From Enterobacteria phage SfV, in the sequence record NC_003444: DNA of 37,074 bases. One strand, written 5' to 3'. Below the pieces are notes generated by a model. That model made no database searches. It saw nothing but the letters and a program-made list of their open reading frames with translations, and was not told the origin of the DNA. Of this stretch, positions 29,124-37,016 are shown in pieces (the stretch's first letter is position 1; each line of letters begins with the position of its first letter). Both the position numbers and the translations under genes were made by a program.

Positions 29124-29614
29124 TCATGAGTCTTTTGAATGAAGTTCAGAAATTCATTGAAGCCCATCCGGGGTGTACTTCCGGAGACATTGCGGATGCT
29201 TTTGCAGGTTACTCACGGCAGCGCGTTCTGCAGTCAGCAAGCAAGTTACGTCAGAGTGGGCGTGTGGTTCACCGTTGTGAAGAGGATACACGCAGACATT
29301 TCCCGCGCCTGACTGAGAGAGCGCAGGAGCCGGAACCACAACCAGTTCGTGAAACCAGACCTGTGCGCAATTTCTATGTCGGCACTAACGATCCCCGGGT
29401 GATTTTGTGCCTGACCCGCCAGGCTGAAGAACTGGAGTCAAGGGGCTTATACCGTCGTGCTGCAACGGTGTGGATGGCGGCATTCCGTGAAAGCCACTCC
29501 CAGCAAGAGCGAAACAATTTTCTTGCGCGTCGTGAGCGGTGCTTACGGAAAAGCAGCAAGCGCGCTGCATCGGGTGATGAGTGGTATCTGTCAGGGAATT
29601 ACGTGGGGGCTTAA
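29120..29614 (+). CDS. PerC-like regulator domain protein
   Basis: 164 aa; C-terminal AEELESRGLYRRAATVWMAAF...RRERCL resembles the PerC-family signature from memory. Confidence 0.45.
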   Translation: MIMSLLNEVQKFIEAHPGCTSGDIADAFAGYSRQRVLQSASKLRQSGRVVHRCEEDTRRHFPRLTERAQEPEPQPVRETRPVRNFYVGTNDPRVILCLTRQAEELESRGLYRRAATVWMAAFRESHSQQERNNFLARRERCLRKSSKRAASGDEWYLSGNYVGA

Positions 29615-30267
29615 TGAGTAATAAATATTGCCAGGCGCTGGTGGAACTGCGGAACAAACCAGCCCATGAACTGAAGGAAGTGGGTGATCAGTGGCGCACG
29701 CCGGACAACATTTTCTGGGGAATTAACACCCTGTTTGGCCCGTTTGTTCTGGATCTGTTCACTGACGGTGATAACGCCAAATGTGCCGCGTATTACACGG
29801 CGGAAGACAACGCGCTGGCGCATGACTGGTCAGAACGCCTTGCGGAGCTTAAAGGTGCTGCCTTTGGTAATCCTCCATACAGCCGCGCCAGTCAGCATGA
29901 GGGGCAATACATCACCGGCATGCGTTACATCATGAAACATGCCAGTGCCATGCGTGATAAGGGCGGGCGCTATGTTTTCCTGATCAAAGCTGCCACCAGC
30001 GAAGTGTGGTGGCCGGAAGATGCAGATCATATTGCTTTTATTCGCGGGCGTATTGGTTTTGAACTGCCTGTCTGGTTTATCCCGAAAGACGAGAAGCAGG
30101 TACCGACAGGAGCTTTTTTCGCTGGTGCTATTGCTGTTTTTGACAAGACCTGGAAGGGACCGGCAATCAGCTACATCGGGCGCGATGAACTTGAGGCATG
30201 TGGTGAGGCGTTTCTGGCGCAGGTTCGCCAGCAGGCGGAAAAACTGGTCAGGGAGATGGTGGCATGA
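29614..30267 (+). CDS. phage-type DNA N6-adenine methyltransferase (Dam-like)
   Basis: ORF 29581..30267; ATG 29614 overlaps upstream stop (TAATG); catalytic NPPY motif (FGNPPYS). Confidence 0.8.
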   Translation: MSNKYCQALVELRNKPAHELKEVGDQWRTPDNIFWGINTLFGPFVLDLFTDGDNAKCAAYYTAEDNALAHDWSERLAELKGAAFGNPPYSRASQHEGQYITGMRYIMKHASAMRDKGGRYVFLIKAATSEVWWPEDADHIAFIRGRIGFELPVWFIPKDEKQVPTGAFFAGAIAVFDKTWKGPAISYIGRDELEACGEAFLAQVRQQAEKLVREMVA

Positions 30268-30590
30268 CGACGTTAACTCAATGCCAGCAGCAGGTGCTGG
30301 ATATGCTGATTTCTTATCAGAAAGAACGTGGCTTCCCGCCAACCAATCAGGAGGTGGCAACCATGCTGGGATACCGTTCAGTGAATGCAGCGGTGGAGCA
30401 TCTTCGCGCACTGGAGAAAAAAGGCATCATCACGATAAAGCGTGGCGTGGCCCGGGGGATCACGCTTCATACCGCGGTGAAGGACGACGACAGCGAGGCT
30501 GTCGGGATTATCCGCTCACTGCTTGCCGGTGAGGAAAACGCCAGGCTGCGTGCAACCCACTGGTTACATAAGAGGGGCCTGAAAGTATGA
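30264..30590 (+). CDS. LexA N-terminal DNA-binding-domain protein lacking a peptidase domain
   Basis: 108 aa; residues 4-70 align by eye with the LexA winged-helix DBD; no S24 domain; ATGA-coupled on both sides. Confidence 0.7.
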   Translation: MTTLTQCQQQVLDMLISYQKERGFPPTNQEVATMLGYRSVNAAVEHLRALEKKGIITIKRGVARGITLHTAVKDDDSEAVGIIRSLLAGEENARLRATHWLHKRGLKV

Positions 30591-30976
30591 AGCTGATCCT
30601 GCCTTTCCCGCCCAGCGTGAACACGTACTGGCGACACCCCAACAAAGGGGCGTTTGCAGGTAAGAGCCTAATAAGCGCGGCGGGGCGAAAATTTCAGAGC
30701 GCGGCGTGCGCAGCAATAGTTGAACAGTTACGTCGTCTGCCGAAACCAACGTCGGCACCTGCTTCAGTGGAGATCGTGTTGTTTCCTCCGGATAACAGGA
30801 TCCGCGATCTGGACAACTATAACAAGGCGCTGTTTGACGTTCTGACCCACGCGGGTGTGTGGGAAGACGACAGCCAGGTGAAAAGAATGCTGGTGGAGTG
30901 GGGACCGGTTATCCCGGAAGGGAAGGTCGAGATCACTATCAGTAAGTACGAGAAAACGGCGGGTGCAGCCGCCTGA
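30587..30976 (+). CDS. rusA: Holliday-junction resolvase RusA
   Basis: 129 aa; N-terminus MKLILPFPPSVNTYWRH and conserved acidic residues typical of RusA. Confidence 0.9.
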   Translation: MKLILPFPPSVNTYWRHPNKGAFAGKSLISAAGRKFQSAACAAIVEQLRRLPKPTSAPASVEIVLFPPDNRIRDLDNYNKALFDVLTHAGVWEDDSQVKRMLVEWGPVIPEGKVEITISKYEKTAGAAA

Positions 30977-30995
30977 GCAAGAGGAGAAACGAAGT

Positions 30996-31805
30996 ATGAA
31001 TAATCTGATGGTCATTGATGGTATTGAAGTTCGTCGTGATGCTTATGGGCGTTACAGCCTGAACGATCTGCACAGGGCAGCCGGGGGAGAACAAAAAAAC
31101 CGCCCGAAATACTGGCTCTCCAATAAGCAAACCTGTGAATTGATTGAACAACTTTTCACCGAGGGTGGAATTCCGCCTCTGGAACAAAATCAACCAGTTA
31201 GCGTCATTAATGGCGGAAATAACCAGGGGACGTATGTCTGCAAAGAACTGGTGTATGCCTATGCAATGTGGATCAGCCCGTCATTCCATCTGAAGGTGAT
31301 CCGTACTTTCGATATGGTAACCAGCACACCGGAAAAATTATCCGGGCAGGCTGCTGACAAGATGCAGGCTGGAGTGATTCTGCTGGACTTTATGCGCAGG
31401 GAGTTAAACCTGTCTAACTCTTCAGTGCTTGGGGCCTGTCAGAAACTCCAGGAGGCTGTTGGCTTACCGAATCTGGCACCGCGCTATGCCATTGATGCTC
31501 CTGCTGATGCACACGATGGCTCAAGTCGCCCGACACTGTCACTGAGTGCACTGCTGAAACAGTATGGTATCCGCCTGACGGCTAATCAGGCATATCACCA
31601 GATGGTGAAGCTGGGGATCGTCGAGCAGCGCGAACGATACAGCCGTACCGGGATTAACAACATCAAAAAATTCTGGTCGCTGACGGCGAAAGGCTGCATG
31701 TTCGGCAAGAACATCACCAGTCCCGCAAATCCGCGCGAGACGCAGCCGCATTTCTTCGAATCCCGATTCCCTGAGCTGTTAAAGCTGCTCGATACCGTTC
31801 ATTGA
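30996..31805 (+). CDS. KilA-N domain protein (antirepressor-like)
   Basis: ORF 30963..31805; ATG 30996 after GAGGAG; N-terminal KilA-N-like region. Confidence 0.7.
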   Translation: MNNLMVIDGIEVRRDAYGRYSLNDLHRAAGGEQKNRPKYWLSNKQTCELIEQLFTEGGIPPLEQNQPVSVINGGNNQGTYVCKELVYAYAMWISPSFHLKVIRTFDMVTSTPEKLSGQAADKMQAGVILLDFMRRELNLSNSSVLGACQKLQEAVGLPNLAPRYAIDAPADAHDGSSRPTLSLSALLKQYGIRLTANQAYHQMVKLGIVEQRERYSRTGINNIKKFWSLTAKGCMFGKNITSPANPRETQPHFFESRFPELLKLLDTVH

Positions 31806-31806
31806 G

Positions 31807-32802
31807 GTGACCGTGAGAGCACTACTGACCCCTGAAATTGCCCCGCGTATGGGGATCGTATTGTTCAGGCCAGGTTCAGAGCTGATGCCCCTGTTTATGC
31901 AGGGGCGTGTCCTGCTGGAGCCTGAGCCAGAACGTTATTCATCTTTCGCCAGTGGTGCCGTTCCGGCGGCATCACAACCGCTGGCGGATGATCCTGCCGT
32001 TCGGGCCGTGTTCCGCAATGAGGCAGTGATCCGTCGTGCTGGTGGCGTGGAATGTCTTGAAAGCTGGTTACTTCGTGAAAAAGGCTGCCAGTGGCCTCAT
32101 TCCGACTGGCACAGCGAGAACATGACCACAATGCGACACGCTCCGGGCGCAATCCGTCTGTGCTGGCACTGCGATAACCAGCTGCGCGATCAGTTCACGG
32201 AACGGCTGGAATCAATGGCAACGGATAACTGTGCCCGCTGGGTGTTGTCTGTAGTCCGTCGGGATCTCGGTTTTGATGATAACCATGCCGTGACAATGCC
32301 GGAACTGTGCTGGTGGCTGATTCGTAATGACCTCGCGGATGCCTTACCTGAAAGCGCAGCCCGTAAGGCGCTGAGATTACCGAAACCTGTTGTGCCGTCT
32401 GTCACCCGGGAAAGTGACCTTGTGCCTTCGGTTCCTGCCACCAGCATCATCCAGGATAAAGCGAAAAAGGTGCTGGCGCTGAAAGTGGATCCGGAGTCGC
32501 CGGAGTCTTTTATGTTACGCCCAAAACGCCGCCGCTGGGTTAATGAAAAGTACACGCGCTGGGTTAAGACACAGCCGTGTGCATGTTGTGGAAAGCCTGC
32601 TGATGATCCCCACCACCTGATAGGCCACGGTCAGGGTGGAATGGGTACAAAAGCGCATGACCTCTTTGTGTTGCCTTTGTGCAGAAAGCATCACGACGAG
32701 CTGCATGCGGATACCGTGGCATTTGAAGAGAAGTATGGCTCTCAGCTGGAGCTGATATTTCGTTTTATCGATCGTGCGCTGGCAATTGGCGTATTGGCGT
32801 AA
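31807..32802 (+). CDS. Cys/His-rich nin-region protein (DUF968-like)
   Basis: 331-aa ORF (start uncertain, GTG 31807); C-terminal CACCGKPADDPHHLIGHG...CRKHHDELH metal-binding-like motif. Confidence 0.5.
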   Translation: MTVRALLTPEIAPRMGIVLFRPGSELMPLFMQGRVLLEPEPERYSSFASGAVPAASQPLADDPAVRAVFRNEAVIRRAGGVECLESWLLREKGCQWPHSDWHSENMTTMRHAPGAIRLCWHCDNQLRDQFTERLESMATDNCARWVLSVVRRDLGFDDNHAVTMPELCWWLIRNDLADALPESAARKALRLPKPVVPSVTRESDLVPSVPATSIIQDKAKKVLALKVDPESPESFMLRPKRRRWVNEKYTRWVKTQPCACCGKPADDPHHLIGHGQGGMGTKAHDLFVLPLCRKHHDELHADTVAFEEKYGSQLELIFRFIDRALAIGVLA

Positions 32803-32815
32803 GTGGAGAACGAGC

Positions 32816-33568
32816 ATGAACCTTGAAGCCTTACCAAAATATTACTCCCCAAAATCTCCAAAATTGAGCGATGACGCACCGGCGACAGGCTCAGGTGGTT
32901 TAACGATTACGGATGTGATGGCTGCGCAGGGGATGGTGCAGTCGAAAGCACCGCTTGGGTTTGCCTTATTCCTGGCAAAAGTTGGTGTTCAGGATCCTCA
33001 ATTTGCGATTGAAGGTCTGCTCAATTACGCGATGGCACTGGATAACCCGACATTGAACAAATTGAGTGAAGAAACCCGGTTACAGATCATCCCTTACCTT
33101 GTGAATTTTGCCTTTGCTGATTATTCCAGGTCTGCGGCAAGTAAGGCTCGCTGTGAGCATTGTGCTGGTACTGGATTTCATAATGTATTGCGCGAAGTGG
33201 TGAAACACTCCAGAAGCGGGGAATCTGTTATCAAGGAAGAGTGGGTGAAGGAACTATGTCAGCATTGTCATGGTAAGGGAGAAGTCAGCACAGCGTGCAG
33301 AGGGTGTAAGGGTAAAGGTATTGTCCTGGATGAAAAAAGGACCCGGCTTCATGGCACACCTGTTTATAAGATTTGTGGGCGTTGCAATGGAAACCGGTTT
33401 AGCCGTTTACCAACCACACTGGCGCGGCATCATGTCCAGAAGCTGGTACCAGACCTGACAGATTATCAGTGGTACAAAGGATATGCAGATGTCATTGATA
33501 AACTGGTTACAAAGTGCTGGCAGGAAGAAGCATATGCTGAGGCGCAATTAAGAAAAGTGACGAGATAA
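32816..33568 (+). CDS. late-gene antiterminator Q (zinc-finger type)
   Basis: ORF 32774..33568; ATG 32816 after GGAG; four CxxCxG motifs; immediately upstream of the late promoter and lysis genes. Confidence 0.75.
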   Translation: MNLEALPKYYSPKSPKLSDDAPATGSGGLTITDVMAAQGMVQSKAPLGFALFLAKVGVQDPQFAIEGLLNYAMALDNPTLNKLSEETRLQIIPYLVNFAFADYSRSAASKARCEHCAGTGFHNVLREVVKHSRSGESVIKEEWVKELCQHCHGKGEVSTACRGCKGKGIVLDEKRTRLHGTPVYKICGRCNGNRFSRLPTTLARHHVQKLVPDLTDYQWYKGYADVIDKLVTKCWQEEAYAEAQLRKVTR

Positions 33569-33599
33569 ATGATTTTCGCCGAAGATGGCGACATAATGC

Positions 33600-33628
33600 T
33601 TGCATTTTTCAAAAAATATGGATAAGAT
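33600..33628 (+). promoter_or_regulatory. pR'-like late promoter
   Basis: -35 TTGCAT (33600-33605), 17-nt spacer, -10 TAAGAT (33623-33628); 30 nt downstream of the Q stop. Confidence 0.5.
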
Positions 33629-33675
33629 TTTTCCAACGATGGGCTTTGTATGTCTACCGTTGATAAGATTTAAGA

Positions 33676-33699
33676 ACCCGCCGCTGAGCGGGTTTTTTT
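33676..33699 (+). terminator. tR'-like rho-independent terminator
   Basis: Stem cccgc/gcggg with loop cgctga followed by T7 (33693-33699); ~60 nt downstream of the putative pR' start. Confidence 0.55.
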
Positions 33700-33817
33700 G
33701 TGCCTTGATGTTGGCAGTACGGTAAACACGCTGGTGGTCGTGAATACTGACTTTTTATCTTGCTGGCTTTTTAGACAAGAGTTATTGGTATGTCATGTTA
33801 ACCAGAAGGAAAAAGGC

Positions 33818-34012
33818 ATGCTAAAACAGCAAGATATGACAGAAACGGCGAAAGTTGTTTTTAATGAATTAAGCATCGAACCGGCAACAGTCGGGGAGAT
33901 TGCACAAAACACATATCTTTCACGCGAACGCTGTCAGTTAATACTGACCCAGTTGGTTATGGCGGGGCTGGCAGATTACCAGTTCGGCTGTTACAGACGC
34001 CTTCAGCAATGA
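33818..34012 (+). CDS. small putative DNA-binding protein (64 aa)
   Basis: ORF 33698..34012; ATG 33818 after AAGGAAAAAGG; first gene after tR'. Confidence 0.45.
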   Translation: MLKQQDMTETAKVVFNELSIEPATVGEIAQNTYLSRERCQLILTQLVMAGLADYQFGCYRRLQQ

Positions 34013-34161
34013 AGGACTTTTAATTTGTGAAAATGGGCGGCTGGTGGGTGTTGGTAGCACCTGCCAGCCATTCGCTCATGCTTACTGGTCACAAGCGAAC
34101 CACGGCCCACTGCTTTAGCGCAAAAGCAGAGTGAGCCTACCAGAGTTACGCTTACTGATCC

Positions 34162-35214
34162 ATGAAAAATACTGTAAAAATAAACAGTGTTGATTTAATC
34201 AACGCTGATTGCCTGCATTTTATTCAGTCCCTGCCTGATGATTCCATTGACCTGATTGTTACCGATCCGCCGTACTTCAAGGTGAAACCCAACGGTTGGG
34301 ACAATCAGTGGAAAGGGGACGAAGATTACCTTAAGTGGCTGGATCACTGTCTGGCCCAGTTCTGGCGGGTGTTGAAACCTGCCGGAAGCCTTTACCTGTT
34401 CTGTGGACATCGCCTGGCATCTGATATTGAGATCATGATGCGTGAACGTTTCAACGTGCTTAACCATATCATCTGGGCGAAGCCGTCCGGACGTTGGAAT
34501 GGGTGTAATAAAGAAAGTCTGCGTGCATATTTTCCTGCCACAGAGCGCGTTCTGTTTGCTGAACATTACCAGGGGCCATATCGTGGCAAAAGTGACGGCT
34601 ATGCGGCAAAAGAAAGGGAACTCAAACAGCACATAATGGCACCGCTGATATCGTATTTCAGGAATGCTCGTGCCGAACTGGGTATAACGGCAAAACAAAT
34701 TGCCGAAGCCACAGGTAAGAAAAATATGGTTTCCCACTGGTTTGGTGCCAGTCAGTGGCAGTTGCCGAATGAGGCTGACTACCGGAAGTTACAGGCACTG
34801 TTTTCCCGTATAGCGGCAGAGAAGTTTCAGGAACAGCAACTGGAACAACCACACCACCAGCTGGTGGCATCTTATGATTCACTGAATCGCAAATATTCTG
34901 AATTGCTGGATGAGTTTAAATCACTCCGGCGCTATTTCTCCGTATCAGTCTCCGTGCCTTATACCGATGTCTGGACGCATAAGCCCGTTCAGTTCTATCC
35001 GGGTAAACATCCGTGCGAGAAACCGGCGGATATGCTCCGGCAAATAATCAATGCCAGTAGTCGACCAGGCGATCTGGTTGCTGATTTCTTTATGGGATCC
35101 GGTTCCACAATAAAAGCGGCAATGGCGCTGGGGCGTCAGGCGTTAGGTGTTGAACTTGAGTCAGAGCGGTTTAATCAGATGGTGAAAGAGGTAAGTGAAC
35201 TGGTGGGGAAATAA
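34162..35214 (+). CDS. orphan DNA methyltransferase (beta-class N6A/N4C amino-MTase)
   Basis: 350 aa; motif IV DPPY near N-terminus (LIVTDPPYF) and SAM-binding motif I near C-terminus (DLVADFFMGSGST); no adjacent endonuclease. Confidence 0.85.
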   Translation: MKNTVKINSVDLINADCLHFIQSLPDDSIDLIVTDPPYFKVKPNGWDNQWKGDEDYLKWLDHCLAQFWRVLKPAGSLYLFCGHRLASDIEIMMRERFNVLNHIIWAKPSGRWNGCNKESLRAYFPATERVLFAEHYQGPYRGKSDGYAAKERELKQHIMAPLISYFRNARAELGITAKQIAEATGKKNMVSHWFGASQWQLPNEADYRKLQALFSRIAAEKFQEQQLEQPHHQLVASYDSLNRKYSELLDEFKSLRRYFSVSVSVPYTDVWTHKPVQFYPGKHPCEKPADMLRQIINASSRPGDLVADFFMGSGSTIKAAMALGRQALGVELESERFNQMVKEVSELVGK

Positions 35215-35290
35215 TTCTGGTGGCCACGTTGCGTGGCCTTTTTATTTCCAACACAGCACCCGCAAATATCGCGAGGTGAGAGATGACGAA

Positions 35291-35626
35291 ATGCCTCATA
35301 ACCCAAATACATGGCCGGACTGGCTGGAGTTGTTTCAGAGCTGGTGGCGTGGAGACACACCGCTTGGTGCAGTGATTATGTCGATCGTTATGGCTGGTTT
35401 GCGCATCGCCTATTTTGGCGGTGGTGGTGGCTGGAAGCGAAAAACGCTCGAGATTTTGCTATGTGGCGCTCTGACGCTGACCTTTGCATCCGCTCTTGAG
35501 TATGTCGGATGGCCTAAATCGCTTTCTGTTGCCATTGGTGGTGGCGTGGGGCTGATCGGTGTCGATGCTATTCGTGGGGCTGCAATGCGAGTAATCGGTA
35601 ACAAATTTGGTAGCTCGAAGGAGTAA
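35291..35626 (+). CDS. holin (lambda S-like, three TM segments)
   Basis: ORF 35195..35626; ATG 35291; three hydrophobic segments and charged C-terminus; immediately upstream of the endolysin. Confidence 0.7.
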   Translation: MPHNPNTWPDWLELFQSWWRGDTPLGAVIMSIVMAGLRIAYFGGGGGWKRKTLEILLCGALTLTFASALEYVGWPKSLSVAIGGGVGLIGVDAIRGAAMRVIGNKFGSSKE

Positions 35627-35629
35627 TTT

Positions 35630-36106
35630 ATGCAGGCACTAAATTCCCAGCGTAAAGCTTTCCTGGATATGGTGGCATGGTCAGAAGGAACGGATAACGG
35701 GCGACAACCGACACGTAACCACGGTTATGATGTTATTGTTGGTGGCGAACTGTTCACTGATTACTCCGATCACCCTCGCAAACTTGTCACGCTAAACCCC
35801 AAACTCAAATCAACAGCCGCCGGACGTTACCAGCTTCTTTCACGCTGGTGGGATGCTTACCGTAAACAGCTTGGCCTGAAAGATTTTTCTCCAGAAAGCC
35901 AGGACGCTGTAGCTCTGCAGCAGATTAAAGAGCGTGGTGCTTTACCGATGATTGACCGCGGCAGTATTCGTCAGGCAATCGACCGTTGCAGCAATATCTG
36001 GGCGTCGTTACCTGGTGCAGGTTACGGTCAGTATGAACATAAAATCGGTGACCTGATTGCCCGATTTAAAAAAGCTGGTGGGGTAGTAAATGAAGCTGAG
36101 ATATAA
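35630..36106 (+). CDS. R: endolysin (lambda R-type lytic transglycosylase)
   Basis: 158 aa, near-identical by memory to lambda R (NSQRKAFLDMVAWSEGTDNGRQPTRNHGYDVIVGGELFTDYSDHPRK...). Confidence 0.9.
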   Translation: MQALNSQRKAFLDMVAWSEGTDNGRQPTRNHGYDVIVGGELFTDYSDHPRKLVTLNPKLKSTAAGRYQLLSRWWDAYRKQLGLKDFSPESQDAVALQQIKERGALPMIDRGSIRQAIDRCSNIWASLPGAGYGQYEHKIGDLIARFKKAGGVVNEAEI

Positions 36107-36482
36107 GCTGGTTATTGTTGCCTTCGTTGTTACCGTCATTGGTTCCTTCATCTGGTCTGCCGGGCATTACTACAGCAAATATCAGCACGAAAAGGAGCGT
36201 GCTGATGAGGCTGTACGAAATGCTGAATCAGCAACTGCCATTACCCGTAACGTTCTGCAATCACTGCAAATCATCAATACAGTTATAGAGGCTAACCAGC
36301 ATGCAAAACAGCAGATCGCACTGGAGTCACAGAGAACCCAGGAAGATATCAAAGTGGCTGTTGCGGATGATGATTGTGCTTCACGTCATGTGCCTGCTGC
36401 CGCTGCTGACCGGTTGCGGAAGTACGCGAACAGTTTACGTACCGATTCCGGCGGTACCGTTGCCAGCAAGCCTGACTACTGA
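36090..36482 (+). CDS. i-spanin (Rz-like)
   Basis: 130 aa; N-terminal TM segment then coiled-coil-like region; overlaps endolysin 3' end. Confidence 0.7.
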   Translation: MKLRYKLVIVAFVVTVIGSFIWSAGHYYSKYQHEKERADEAVRNAESATAITRNVLQSLQIINTVIEANQHAKQQIALESQRTQEDIKVAVADDDCASRHVPAAAADRLRKYANSLRTDSGGTVASKPDY

Positions 36483-36639
36483 AACTCCCCAGCCAGTCAT
36501 TCCCGAGCCGCTGACCTATGGGGCCAGTCTGGATCTGAATGTGAGCCTGCTTTCGGCGTTGGGACAATGCAATATTGACAAAGCGGGGATTCGAAGTATC
36601 GAGATGCGCCGTAACGCTTTGCTGGCAGCAGTCAGATAG
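36367..36639 (+). CDS. o-spanin lipoprotein (Rz1-like), +1 frame, overlapping and extending past Rz
   Basis: ORF 36301..36639; ATG-ATG at 36367; signal peptide ending in lipobox LLTGC; Pro-rich mature region. Confidence 0.6.
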   Translation: MMIVLHVMCLLPLLTGCGSTRTVYVPIPAVPLPASLTTETPQPVIPEPLTYGASLDLNVSLLSALGQCNIDKAGIRSIEMRRNALLAAVR

Positions 36640-36665
36640 TCCGGATAAAGAACAGGAATATATTT

Positions 36666-37016
36666 ATGCCCCCTCGAACTCCAAAAGCCTGCCGCGTTCG
36701 CGGCTGCCGTAATACCACGACAGACCCGTCAGGCTACTGCGAAAGCCACAAAAGCGAAGGCTGGAAGCAATACAAACCTGGACAATCCCGTCATCAGCGC
36801 GGTTATGGTTCTAAGTGGGATGTTATCCGTGTGCGTGTGCTGCAACGTGACAAAGGCCTGTGTCAGTTATGTCTGCGTGCTGGTGTGGCGCGTGAAGCGA
36901 AAACCGTTGACCACATCATCCCTAAAGCACATGGCGGCACTGATGCCGACAGTAATCTGCAGAGTCTGTGCTGGCCGTGCCATAAGGCGAAGACGGCCCG
37001 TGAACGGCTTAAGTGA
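36666..37016 (+). CDS. HNH endonuclease
   Basis: 116 aa; Cys-rich N-terminus and HNH core (DHIIPKAHGG...N...CWPCH); AGGAA upstream of ATG. Confidence 0.85.
   Translation: MPPRTPKACRVRGCRNTTTDPSGYCESHKSEGWKQYKPGQSRHQRGYGSKWDVIRVRVLQRDKGLCQLCLRAGVAREAKTVDHIIPKAHGGTDADSNLQSLCWPCHKAKTARERLK

Noticed and set aside
33569-35290. Toxin (e.g. Shiga-toxin-like) cargo in the Q-to-lysis slot
   Set aside because: The only genes there are a small putative DNA-binding protein and a DNA methyltransferase; no signal-peptide AB5-type toxin ORFs are present.
36666-37016. HNH endonuclease as the nuclease half of a restriction-modification system with the upstream methyltransferases
   Set aside because: It is separated from both methyltransferases by the lysis cassette and sits in the position typical of terminase-associated HNH proteins; a packaging role is more parsimonious.
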